A DNA stretch of 19,706 nt from Candidatus Sigynarchaeum calidifontis (GCA_030587475.2 JAUQYZ020000125.1:1-19706); one strand, 5' to 3'; shown: positions 7,383 to 16,800, counted from the first letter of the stretch. Notes: generated from the letters alone by a model not told the origin. Program-made: numbers and translations.

Positions 7383-9239
7383 ATGCCAGCTCAGGAAATC
7401 CGCGGCTATTCACTTTCCTTGTACCATTTCAACCTGCAATATGTTGCGGGTAACCTGGCCGCGTATCATGCCCTTGCCACGAAAAGTTTCCGCCCGTTCC
7501 TTGATTTCTACATGGCATATCCCCAGTTCAAAGCATCGTGCGAAATTCAAGGCCATTTCATCGCCTTCCTGGGACGTTACTACCGGGACGACCTGGCCAA
7601 GCTCGTCGAGCTCGTCATGAAGCGGAAACAGATCGAGCTCGTTTCGGTGCATTATTCCGACCAGATATATCTCGCATACCCGCGCCGAGACATGGAAGAG
7701 TCCATACGTATTAATGATGAGACCCTCGCTCGATACGGCTTGGTTCGCGGTGGTACTTTTTTCGCGCAAGAGAATTTTTTCGGCCCTGGCATCATACCGC
7801 TCATGAAGGAGCACGGGTTCAAGGTCGCCTTGCTCAATCGCCATTATTTGCGGCATTATCAAGGCGAGCTCCCCTCCGTGCCGTACTACGAGCGAGACGG
7901 GGTATATTTCCTGCCCGGCGGCGGCTTCACGGCGAGGGACAAGGAACGGCTCGGTGCCGGGTACGAACACGTGCCAGAAGTCGGATACGATTACTGGGGC
8001 GACGGCGAGCTCGCGTTCACGAAGGGAAGCAATTACTTGCCCGGACACGGGCCGAGCGAGGCGAAGCGGCTCAAGCGGTTGGCCCTCTACATCAATCGCC
8101 ACAAGAGCGGGTTCAGGACCGAGTTTTGCACCGCTTATGTTGACAAGTTGCTGGAGCTCGGCGTGAAGCCGGCGCCGCTGCCGCTCGTGCTGGACGGTTC
8201 CTGGAACTATCCATCGTACGGGGGCGTGTACTTGTGGATGGGACGGTACCGGCTACCTTGGGAAAGGGACGGCCACGTGCGAACGCACACGTTCGTTACG
8301 CGAGCTCGTGTCCTCGCCGCGGAAGCGCTTGTCTCCCATGTACAGCTGGTTCCGTGGGACATCACGAAAACACTCAAGATGGCATGGCGCCACTTGCTGC
8401 TTGCCGAGGTTTCGGACTCCACGGGGCAGACACCCGTCCCGATCGAGGTGCAATACTCGTTCATGGAATCTGGCAAGGCAAGGGATGCCGCGGACTACGT
8501 GATCGCTTGGACCAGGGGTCAATTAGGCATCCCACCAGGCGCGAAGGTGCTGGTCGATTGCAAAACGAAGGGTTTCGAGATACTGGATGACAACGCTTTC
8601 CGGGATCTCGTTTGGCAAGAAGCGGGGAAGGCTTCGAGCCTCTCGAACCTCGAGCGTGACGTGGGTACCTTGCACGCGTCCGCGTGGAACGTGAAGCGCG
8701 GCCGCCTTTCTGTGGCCAAGCCACCGCGTTCGTCCAAGAACCTCATAGAATACTACATCTACTTCGACCACGTTGGCCGCCCGTCCCGTGTCTTGAGCAG
8801 GCTCATGGGCATCGCCAGGTCGAACGGGAAATTCGGCTACCACGCGATGTATGACAAGCATTTTTCCAACTTCGTCGGTTTCACGTTGCCACTAAAGCAA
8901 GATCGCATCATCGCGTCGCTGGCACTTGATGAAGGCCGCGTCGTCGACCATGCGATTGATGAGTTCAAGATCGATGAAACGATCGGCAAAACCTTCTTAC
9001 CACTGCCGAATGGACTGGTCGGCATTGGTGACGACGTGTACATCATCAAGCACAACCTCCACGGCAACACTCACGTTGCCGCCACGATCAACGTGCGGGA
9101 GAAGACGGTCGGATTCCTCCAGGACAACCCCCCGAGCAGGATGCGTACCGAGTGGAAGTTTTCTATCGTGAAAGGGCCTCCCCAGGCAGTTATTGACCGT
9201 GCAAACGAGATCAACGTGTGGCCAAATGTTCTTGTGTGA
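7383..9239 (+). CDS. Divergent glycoside hydrolase family 57-like protein
   Basis: Segments resembling the five GH57 conserved regions, in order: HFNLQY, QIELVSVHYSDQI, FFAQEN, GDGELAF, AEVSD. Start could be 7293, 7344 or 7383; no signal peptide. Confidence 0.62.
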   Translation: MPAQEIRGYSLSLYHFNLQYVAGNLAAYHALATKSFRPFLDFYMAYPQFKASCEIQGHFIAFLGRYYRDDLAKLVELVMKRKQIELVSVHYSDQIYLAYPRRDMEESIRINDETLARYGLVRGGTFFAQENFFGPGIIPLMKEHGFKVALLNRHYLRHYQGELPSVPYYERDGVYFLPGGGFTARDKERLGAGYEHVPEVGYDYWGDGELAFTKGSNYLPGHGPSEAKRLKRLALYINRHKSGFRTEFCTAYVDKLLELGVKPAPLPLVLDGSWNYPSYGGVYLWMGRYRLPWERDGHVRTHTFVTRARVLAAEALVSHVQLVPWDITKTLKMAWRHLLLAEVSDSTGQTPVPIEVQYSFMESGKARDAADYVIAWTRGQLGIPPGAKVLVDCKTKGFEILDDNAFRDLVWQEAGKASSLSNLERDVGTLHASAWNVKRGRLSVAKPPRSSKNLIEYYIYFDHVGRPSRVLSRLMGIARSNGKFGYHAMYDKHFSNFVGFTLPLKQDRIIASLALDEGRVVDHAIDEFKIDETIGKTFLPLPNGLVGIGDDVYIIKHNLHGNTHVAATINVREKTVGFLQDNPPSRMRTEWKFSIVKGPPQAVIDRANEINVWPNVLV

Positions 9240-9265
9240 ACGTGGCCGAATGACGTTTCTTGATG

Positions 9266-9272
9266 TTTTTTT
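9266..9272 (+). terminator. Oligo-T terminator candidate after the GH57-like gene
   Basis: T7 run 27 nt after the stop, in a 63-nt convergent gap. Confidence 0.4.
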
Positions 9273-9302
9273 AACCAGAGCAGGGAGAACGGTTTTTCTT
9301 CC

Positions 9303-10562
9303 CTAATCGATGGCTTGCTTCCCGAGCTCGTCGATGGTTTTCAAGACACCCTCGCCCTTGACGGTGAGAACATGGTACTTGCGTCCCTCAGTTTCCTTGA
9401 TCTCGATGATGTCGTCATCGACGAGGCGCTGGGCGTGGTACCGGATCGTCTTTTTTTCGACGTCGAGGATTGACGCGAGCTCGGCTTGGAATTTCGGGCC
9501 CTCGTCCTTGATGAGACGCAAGATGCGCAGCGCCGTCTCGTTTTTCATCAACTTTACCGCGTCAAGATAGAGCGGGAGATCATTTTTGATTGGAAGCCGG
9601 GGAAAATAAGCATTGTATTGACCGACTTTTTCCATCTTGACGAGCTGGTAGTCCATTAGGATCTGCAAGTGCCACGAGAGCGCGCCGGAATCGAGGTTTA
9701 CCTGCCGCATGAGCTCGTTGAGGTGGATGCCGGGCTGGGAGAGCACGAGGTCGAGGATTTTCTCGCGCACGGGATGCTGGACCGCCTTTTCAAACGACAT
9801 GCGATGGATCCGGACACCCTCGCCGCGCACTTTAATCGCTGCATTGCGGAAGTAATCGACCTTCGATATCACGAGCCCTGTGACGCCAACGACGGCGACG
9901 ACCGCTACGATGATGACGATCCACCAGTAGTCGAAAGGCGTGTATTGCTCGACGATCGCGGCATAGGACGACGCGGTCACGGTCGTGTAGAGGTCGTCGC
10001 CCGAGATCTCGGTCGATGACAGCGTCCACGGATCATCCACGGACGCCGCCACGTCCTTCGTGATCCAACGCAACATGTTTTTCTGTGGCGCGAGTCCACC
10101 AAGCGCCGCGCCGAGTCGCGTCGTCCCTTGTGTATTGTTCGACTGGATACGGAATGCCACGCCGAAAGAGAACTTGTACCGTGCCCCCTGTGAATTCAGC
10201 ACGTTCACGTCCTGCCCCGCCGAGAGGCGGCGGTCGGGGAAGTCCCGCTCCATCGTGAAATCGATATCGAGAGCACCCGGTCCCGAGATGTTGAGAAAGA
10301 TCTCCTGGTTGCGGAGGTTGTTGTTGATCGTGATGGTCAAACTCGTGGTCACGTTGGCTCGGGCGTGGACAGTGATAGACATAAATGTTATGTCTTGCGG
10401 GATGCCGGGAGACAAGGAAACGGTCGTGGTATAACCGGAAACGTAGCGTGGTTCAGCGAGCATGAACATGCCAAGCCCGACGAGCACGCTCAAGAAGACG
10501 ATACTCGCCTTCCGCCGGATCCCGCTTTTTTCCCTCACGCGATTCCACTCGTTAGTTATCAT
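9303..10562 (-). CDS. Transmembrane one-component regulator: signal/anchor, beta-rich ectodomain, TM helix and cytoplasmic tandem winged-HTH (archaeal COG3398-like)
   Basis: Probable start ATG 10562 (MITNEW...RRKASIVFLSVLVGLGMFML); TM WWIVIIVAVVAVVGVTGLVI; wHTH1 HPVREKILDLVLSQPGIHLNELMRQVNLDSGALSWHLQIL; wHTH2 TALRILRLIKDEGPKFQAELASILDVEKKTIRYHAQRL. Confidence 0.85.
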   Translation of the reverse strand: MITNEWNRVREKSGIRRKASIVFLSVLVGLGMFMLAEPRYVSGYTTTVSLSPGIPQDITFMSITVHARANVTTSLTITINNNLRNQEIFLNISGPGALDIDFTMERDFPDRRLSAGQDVNVLNSQGARYKFSFGVAFRIQSNNTQGTTRLGAALGGLAPQKNMLRWITKDVAASVDDPWTLSSTEISGDDLYTTVTASSYAAIVEQYTPFDYWWIVIIVAVVAVVGVTGLVISKVDYFRNAAIKVRGEGVRIHRMSFEKAVQHPVREKILDLVLSQPGIHLNELMRQVNLDSGALSWHLQILMDYQLVKMEKVGQYNAYFPRLPIKNDLPLYLDAVKLMKNETALRILRLIKDEGPKFQAELASILDVEKKTIRYHAQRLVDDDIIEIKETEGRKYHVLTVKGEGVLKTIDELGKQAID

Positions 10563-10574
10563 GTCGTGTATGGT

Positions 10575-10584
10575 AAAAAAAAAA
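10575..10584 (-). terminator. T10 tract between the two ectodomain genes (possible leaky terminator)
   Basis: A10 on the + strand (T10 on the coding strand), 17 nt after the stop at 10601. Confidence 0.4.
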
Positions 10585-10600
10585 TATGGGGAATAGAAAT

Positions 10601-11290
10601 TTACTGGATCGCCTTGCGCTTCTTGATCAAGACGCCGACGACGCCCGCGGCCGCCGCGATGGCGACGAGCAAGCCGATCGTCTCGATGCCGATGGCATTC
10701 TCGGTCTGGAGCAGCGTCCACACGGAGAAGTGGTTGACGACGGCGACGGCCTCGCCGTTGGCCGTCGTGGTCGGGACGACCTCCCAGGCATCCACGTCCT
10801 CGTTGTAGAACGCCCACGTGTACCCGCTTGCATCGCCAACTTGTGCCCGCAGCCTGGCCTGGAAAGTCGTGCAGTTGCACGTGATGTTGGCCATGAAGCC
10901 ATAGTTCACCCGGTACCGGGCTTGCGTCCGTGTCTGGACCGTGTTGCCGTTCTGGAGACCGAGCTCAGCGCAGGTCTCCCGGCAAGTGATGTTCAACTCG
11001 CAGTCCGTGCTGCAATCCAGGTCGATCGCGATGGATTTATCGCCGATCGCGTCCGCGTCGACATCCATGTTGAGCGTCAAGTCCGACGTGGTGTTGAACT
11101 GCAACCGGACGTGGGCGCGGAACCGGAACGCAATGGTTTCGCCGGCATTCATGTGCTGGGTCGAGAGATTGGTGTTTATTGGTACCTCGGGAACCACGGC
11201 TTGGACGATTGGGCTCGCGATCATGACGGCCAGGAAGATGCTTACGAAGGCCAGTCCGAGTATGGCAGTGGTTGTCTTTTTCATGTGCAT
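10601..11290 (-). CDS. Secreted, C-terminally membrane-anchored protein with Cys-rich ectodomain and membrane-proximal HFS motif
   Basis: Signal peptide MKKTTTAILGLAFVSIFLAVMIASPIVQA; W...W...VNHFSVWTLL; TM IGLLVAIAAAAGVVGVLI + KKRK; GGTGA RBS; alternative start 11284. Confidence 0.85.
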   Translation of the reverse strand: MHMKKTTTAILGLAFVSIFLAVMIASPIVQAVVPEVPINTNLSTQHMNAGETIAFRFRAHVRLQFNTTSDLTLNMDVDADAIGDKSIAIDLDCSTDCELNITCRETCAELGLQNGNTVQTRTQARYRVNYGFMANITCNCTTFQARLRAQVGDASGYTWAFYNEDVDAWEVVPTTTANGEAVAVVNHFSVWTLLQTENAIGIETIGLLVAIAAAAGVVGVLIKKRKAIQ

Positions 11291-11306
11291 TTTTTTTCAC
11301 CATGTG

Positions 11307-11378
11307 GCAATTGGATTTAATTGCAAGTAGGTTCTCACAATTGTATATTTAAAGAATTGAGGGGGGGTTTTTCCCCCC
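11307..11378 (-). promoter_or_regulatory. Promoter of the ectodomain pair: TATA box with flanking inverted repeats
   Basis: TTTAAATA on the - strand at 11353-11346; G7-T5-C6 dyad at 11361-11378; GCAATT-N6-AATTGC at 11307-11324. Confidence 0.55.
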
Positions 11379-11472
11379 GTGGTTAAACCCGATTTTCACC
11401 GGCAATCAAAATCGTTAAATCCCCGACTCCGAATCATCTACTCGCATCAACAAACCAGAAAGGGTGAATCTC

Positions 11473-11769
11473 ATGGTCGAGTCGTTCGCCGTGATATCAA
11501 AAGCTGGCTGTCATAAATGCGAGGATCTCAAGGCATGGCTGAAGAACAACAACGTGAAATTCGAAGAGTGGAGTCTCGAAGATGAGGCCGTTAAGAAGAA
11601 GCTGATCTCGGATCCCAAGTTCACGGACAAGTTTTGCGACATTGACGGGTGCATGGTGTACACCCCGGTCATCCGCTTGGCCAGGTCGGGCGATTATTAC
11701 TTCAAGGAACTCTTCAACCAATCGGGCTTGCGTGTGGACGCAGTCAAGAAGATATTGAAGATGAAATGA
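11473..11769 (+). CDS. Glutaredoxin/NrdH-like thioredoxin-fold protein (CHKC) with extra CDIDGC motif
   Basis: VISKAGCHKCEDLKAWLKNNNVKFEE and cis-Pro-like TPVI; GGTGA RBS at 11463-11467 supports ATG 11473. Confidence 0.8.
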   Translation: MVESFAVISKAGCHKCEDLKAWLKNNNVKFEEWSLEDEAVKKKLISDPKFTDKFCDIDGCMVYTPVIRLARSGDYYFKELFNQSGLRVDAVKKILKMK

Positions 11770-11787
11770 AGACAAGTCAGTCGGATC

Positions 11788-12183
11788 CTATTCCTCTTTT
11801 TTATTAAGACCGAGGGCCTCGCACCGGGCTATCCATTTTACCTTGTACGACGCGTCGTCGATGATGCGGCCTGCCAGGTCCGCGATCGTGCGGATGCTCT
11901 CTTGGTGGCACCAATCGAGGCATTGGAGATATGTCCCTATGTCAAGCTCCGAGTCGTCCCAGTACGCCGCGATCTCGACGAGCCCGCGCTTCCACGCCAG
12001 GAATGCGCGCGTGTGGCCGTCAGTAAACGCGATCGCCCCGTGCAACCTCGTGACGGGCACGGGCTCCATCCTGGCCTTGGTGCCGGGTGGGTACCGCGTT
12101 TCGAGGGCGGCGAGCTTCCGCTCGTTGATGTAGAGCTGCGTCGGCCGGGCAGCGAGGAGTGGAAGGGGGAATGTTATGACCAT
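11788..12183 (-). CDS. Small ParB/sulfiredoxin-fold-like protein of unknown function
   Basis: PTQLYI...PVPV...FTDGHTRAFLAW pattern resembles the ParB/Srx core; C-terminal YLQCLDWC...WIARC. Confidence 0.6.
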   Translation of the reverse strand: MVITFPLPLLAARPTQLYINERKLAALETRYPPGTKARMEPVPVTRLHGAIAFTDGHTRAFLAWKRGLVEIAAYWDDSELDIGTYLQCLDWCHQESIRTIADLAGRIIDDASYKVKWIARCEALGLNKKEE

Positions 12184-12323
12184 GTCTTAGCTTGGGAAGC
12201 ATAGCCGGCCAATCAACCTAACGGCATAAGAGAAACCAGCATTGATGCGATAATCTATAATCGAAGCGTTCAATAAATCGGATGGGATGAATCAGCTCAG
12301 CAAGAACGAAGGGGTTTTGTGAG

Positions 12324-12617
12324 ATGAAAAAGATCCAGGTCATCGGTGTTCCGAATTCCAAGAAAGTGCGGGAACTATCGGAGTTTCTCAAGAAGAACAA
12401 GGTCAAGTACACGCTCTGGTCTATTGACGACAGCGATGTCAAGCGTAGATTGCTTGATGACGAAAAGTTTACCGAGAAATACTGCGATGTGTTGGGCTGT
12501 ATGTCCAAATTGCCGATGATACGACTTGATGACACCGGCGAGTACATCGCTGAAGATCTGTTCAAGGGCGATGTGCTACAAGTCGACGCTACTCGGAGGG
12601 TTATCGGGCTGGGATGA
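12324..12617 (+). CDS. Glutaredoxin-fold paralogue lacking CxxC but retaining CDVLGC
   Basis: Collinear with 11473-11769 (LKKNKVKY..WS.DD..VK..L..D.KFT.K.CD..GCM...P.IRL...G.Y...LF); SKKV in place of CHKC. Confidence 0.78.
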   Translation: MKKIQVIGVPNSKKVRELSEFLKKNKVKYTLWSIDDSDVKRRLLDDEKFTEKYCDVLGCMSKLPMIRLDDTGEYIAEDLFKGDVLQVDATRRVIGLG

Positions 12618-12665
12618 ACGAGTTCCGCAAAATCCTTTTTTTCACCCTTATCGGAGTTTTAAATT

Positions 12666-13802
12666 ATGAACAAGTTCGACAAGGCAGCCGGCCTCCTCAA
12701 GCAGCGAGGCATCGATGGATGGCTCATCGCATGCAACGAGGGCAGCGATATGCATTCCCCGTATTTTCTTGGCATCAAGTCCCACGCCCGCCATTTCATA
12801 CTCATCGATGCAAATGGCAACCATCAAGTCATTGCCGTGCTCATGGAGGCGCCGATGATAAAGAAGGCAATCGATGCCATGAAGGCGAACGTTACCGTCC
12901 GGGCATTCAATACTGGCGAGGAAATGCTCGTATTACTCAAGGATGTACTGAAAAAGCCGACCATAGCCGTGAATTACGGGGAGGATTCCTTGCAGAAAGC
13001 GACCGGCTACGCCGACTACATCAAGGCCGGCGAGCTCCAGAGCTTGCGGCTCATAGCCCCGGGCACGCGTTTCGTCTCGGCCGCCGACTTGATCGAGGGC
13101 ATGCGCGCGGTGAAGACGCCTGACGAGCTTGCCTCGTTGAGGGAGGCCGTCAAGATGACGATGGAAGTCTTCGAGTCGATACCCGAGTGGACCAAGGTTG
13201 GCATGACCGAGCAAGAGGTCATGGCGAGGTTGCATTACGAGTTCTTCAAGATCGGGGAGCCATCATTCGAGGCCATCGTTGCATCGGGCGAGAACACGGC
13301 CGACCCGCACCACAACTCCAGTAGCAAGCGGATCACCCCCGGTGCATTTTTGGTGGACGCGGGGGTGCGGTACGGGCAGATGAGCTCGGACATCACGTGG
13401 ACCTTCTGGATCGGGGGAAGGCCACCGCAGGAATTCCTCGACGCCTACGACGTGCTCTATGAAGCGAAGAAGATCGCCAACGAGCACATGCACGCGGGAT
13501 TGCCAACTGCACTGCCTGACCAGGAATGCCGCAAGTACCTTGAATCGAGAGGCTACGATCACAAGAAGCTCTTCGTGCACGGACTCGGCCATTCTATAGG
13601 TTACGATGTCCATGACGTCGGTCCCAGGATATCCGCCTCCGCGCGGCCCGGCGATATCTTTAAAGAGAATATGGTCTATTCAAGCGAGCCTGGTCTTTAT
13701 TGGCAAGGGACATGGGGCTTGCGCCTCGAGGACGACATCATCATCAAGAAGGACACGTGCGAGCAGGTCTCCTATAACCATAAGGATCCTATCGTGTTTT
13801 GA
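12666..13802 (+). CDS. Xaa-Pro aminopeptidase/dipeptidase, peptidase family M24B
   Basis: MRAVKTPDE, IVASGENTADPHH, VDAG..Y....SDITWT, HGLGHSIGYDVHD, SEPGLY, GLRLEDDI; TTTAAAT just upstream. Confidence 0.92.
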   Translation: MNKFDKAAGLLKQRGIDGWLIACNEGSDMHSPYFLGIKSHARHFILIDANGNHQVIAVLMEAPMIKKAIDAMKANVTVRAFNTGEEMLVLLKDVLKKPTIAVNYGEDSLQKATGYADYIKAGELQSLRLIAPGTRFVSAADLIEGMRAVKTPDELASLREAVKMTMEVFESIPEWTKVGMTEQEVMARLHYEFFKIGEPSFEAIVASGENTADPHHNSSSKRITPGAFLVDAGVRYGQMSSDITWTFWIGGRPPQEFLDAYDVLYEAKKIANEHMHAGLPTALPDQECRKYLESRGYDHKKLFVHGLGHSIGYDVHDVGPRISASARPGDIFKENMVYSSEPGLYWQGTWGLRLEDDIIIKKDTCEQVSYNHKDPIVF

Positions 13803-13835
13803 TTAAAGCGCATCAAGAGAAGAAAATCGGGAATG

Positions 13836-16800
13836 TTAATGTTCCGGCTCGAACCGGACCACACGCTTGGCCACGATCGCCGCCGGGCCGATCAAACCCG
13901 CTGGCATGAGAGGTCTCCCCTTGTGATGCCGATAGGGCTTGCCTTCCTTGCCTTTTTTCGCGTACCCGACGAGTGCATTTCGTAGCGTGCAATGCACGAC
14001 CACCTCGATCAAGTTTTCCCCCTCCTGGATTAGGCCGGTCACGTTCACCCGGTAAGGTGGAACAAGCAATGTCGCTGCATACTTTCCGTTCACTTTGACC
14101 TCTGCGACATCGTGCACGAGACCAAGATCGAGGAACAACTTGATATCCTTGGCTAGGTGAGCCGTCACCGGTTGGAACGTGGTCGTGTAAATGCCGGGCC
14201 CTGATACGTGGCGCAATTGCTTGTTTGATCGCCAGTCTCCAAGGCGGGTTGCGTCTAGCTTTACTGTGATCACCTTCCCGTCTATCTCCCGGTGAGAAAC
14301 CTCCAACCGCCAGATATCGAGCACGACGGGGGCAGGTGGTGCCGTGACCATCTCGGTCATCTCGCGCCCGTCGCTGAACGTCGCCCGGAAAATGCCGCCG
14401 TTCTCCACCTCCGCGATGAATGCCTTGCCATCACGCGATAGCTCGAGCTCGGCCTCGTTGACGTGCATCGCCGGCGTGCCGGGTAGTGCACTGGCCGGGA
14501 ACCAGATCATGCGCGACCCGTAGGGTTCCAGGAACAGATCAATGGTTTGCTTGTCCATGCTTCGACCCAGCGAAACCGTGGCCTTGCGCAGTGTCGCGGG
14601 CTGGTACATGGTCACTGGTTCCACTTTCCCCGTCCACAAGTCGATGTAATAGGGGATCTTGCCCGCCTCTCTGAACCCGACCGAGTGCCGCGTGGCAACG
14701 GGGGATGTAGAGCGGATGAAATAGAACCGGCCGTCAGGAGTCTCCTTGCAAATCGAGTGCAGGTCCGGATTGGCCTTGACGAAATCGATGTTGGGTACAA
14801 CGTGCAGTTCACCCCATAGCGTCATGCCCACGTCCTTGCCGCGCTCCACGAAGATAAACTCGTTTTCTCCTATGGAATTGACGATAGCTTGGATCTTTGG
14901 GTCATTCTTTGCTGCATCGAGGAACCCGGGCTGGCCGTCCGGGATGGTACCCGTGAAGATGATCTTGATGCCGGCTTTCCTGCAATCCCGCAGCTTTTCG
15001 GCGAGCGGGAGCGTGATCTTTTCGATGCCGGGAAAGATGATCACTTCCAGAGCGGCTTGTCCAACACGCAATTTTCCCTCGTCGATCCTTCCCGCGAGCA
15101 ATGCCTCGTCGTTCACGTAGGTGTAAAAATACCCGCGGGCCGCGAGCTGCTCCCCGAGCACGTGATAGCCGAGCGTGAGCCGGTCGATGCGATTGGAGAC
15201 CCGCTGCAAGAACCAAGCGATCGGCCCGCGTGGTGGCGGCCCGTCGAAACCATCGAGCCATCCAGCGACGAGATCTTCTTTCTTGGGCACCTTGTGGTCA
15301 AAGTTCCAGTGCGGGTAATACACGCCGACATTGCAGCGGGTGATGCCTTGCTGCATGATGTACTGGAGCCGGGTCACGTACGCGTTTATAGCCGGGAAAA
15401 ATGCCCAGAACGGGTTGTGATGGTTCAAGTTCGAGCTGTATTTCGGCGGTGACCACGGGTAATGGCCGGGAAAGGCCTTCCACGGGACGTCGGGCCCGTA
15501 CGGGAAGCCGTGGTAGATCATCTGGTTGATGCCGGCGACGGCAAGCTTGTCTGCGGCGACCTTGATCTTGAACGGCGTGGTCATGTAGTCCCGGTCCATC
15601 CACACGAGCGATTCCGATGTCACGAGGGGCTTGTTGTAAATGATGCCGGCCGAGCCCGCGACCTTCAAGAAAGCCGTGATGCCTCCGGCGAAGAGCTGCT
15701 CGGTCTCTGGAATGTCGGCAGCACCGTAGGCCTTGAGTAAATCGACACGGATGCCGTATGCCTGGATGCGATGCTGCAAGCCATGATCGCGAGCAAGCCG
15801 GGCGATCCCGCCGCAGTACCGCTCGGCAAACAGGTCAGATAGCGTCTCCTCCCAGTCGTGGCGGATTCGCTCGCCATCGCCGCCTACAAAGTCATAGCAC
15901 GGTTTTTCATTCATGACCGCGACGTAGGTGAACTGGTTGTCACGGTTCGGCACATAGCATACCGGGAGGTATGGTCGCACGTCGTACCCGCGACGCTTCT
16001 TGAACTCATCGAAAAAATCTCCGGTCCAATACCACTCGCACGAGATCTCTTGGCTATCTGTGAAGAGTGCCCGCAAGGTTTTGCCCGCGTGTGGCTTCCA
16101 GCAAGCCATCCCTGTTCCCACGTGGCCATCGAAAAACCGCTTCAACGCGATCTCGTTGAACATGTCAACGACCCGGCTCTCTGCAGTGGGCGCGGACTTG
16201 GCATCCGAGATCGGGGTCATGCCGCTCGGCCCCGCGTAGACCGCGAAGATTTGCCACTTGCCTGGCGGGGCGTCCCACGAGATCCACGACGGGTCGTTTC
16301 CTTTCGGGGTGATGTCGACGGCAGTGGCGATATCCAGCGGCGCGGCCTTGGGTTTGAAAAAATTCATCTTGGTTCGCGGCTTGCCAACTGGTTTCACCGC
16401 GACGACCGCGACCGGCTTGAACTCTGCAGGATCAAACCACGGGTTGTGATTGCCGGCGAGTTTCCTGACGAGACCTGGCTTGAGAGCCACCGGCACCTGG
16501 AACGGCGGGACCTTCATCTCGATCCTCGATCCCCCGTTCACGACGACCGATCCCATTAGCAATGTCCGCATGGAGTCATCGCGGGACACCCAACTGCCGC
16601 CCGGAGGCCATGCAGATGAGATCGTGAGATCGATCACGAGTCCAAGGCGCTCGGCCTCCGCGAGCGCTGCTTTAACGGCCTCGAAATAATACGGGTGCGG
16701 GGCGAACCGGTGCTTCAGATCCTCGTTCGGATCCGGAGTGCCGATGCAGAAAGCTTGCACCTCTGCCCCGCCGAACCCGCGATCTTCTAACTCTTGTAAT

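Noticed and set aside
9303-10880. 525 aa ORF as one long protein, or a fusion with the upstream gene
   Set aside because: The first roughly 105 codons overlap the 10601-11290 gene in another frame and read as Arg/Gly-rich shadow sequence; the signal-like segment begins after ATG 10562
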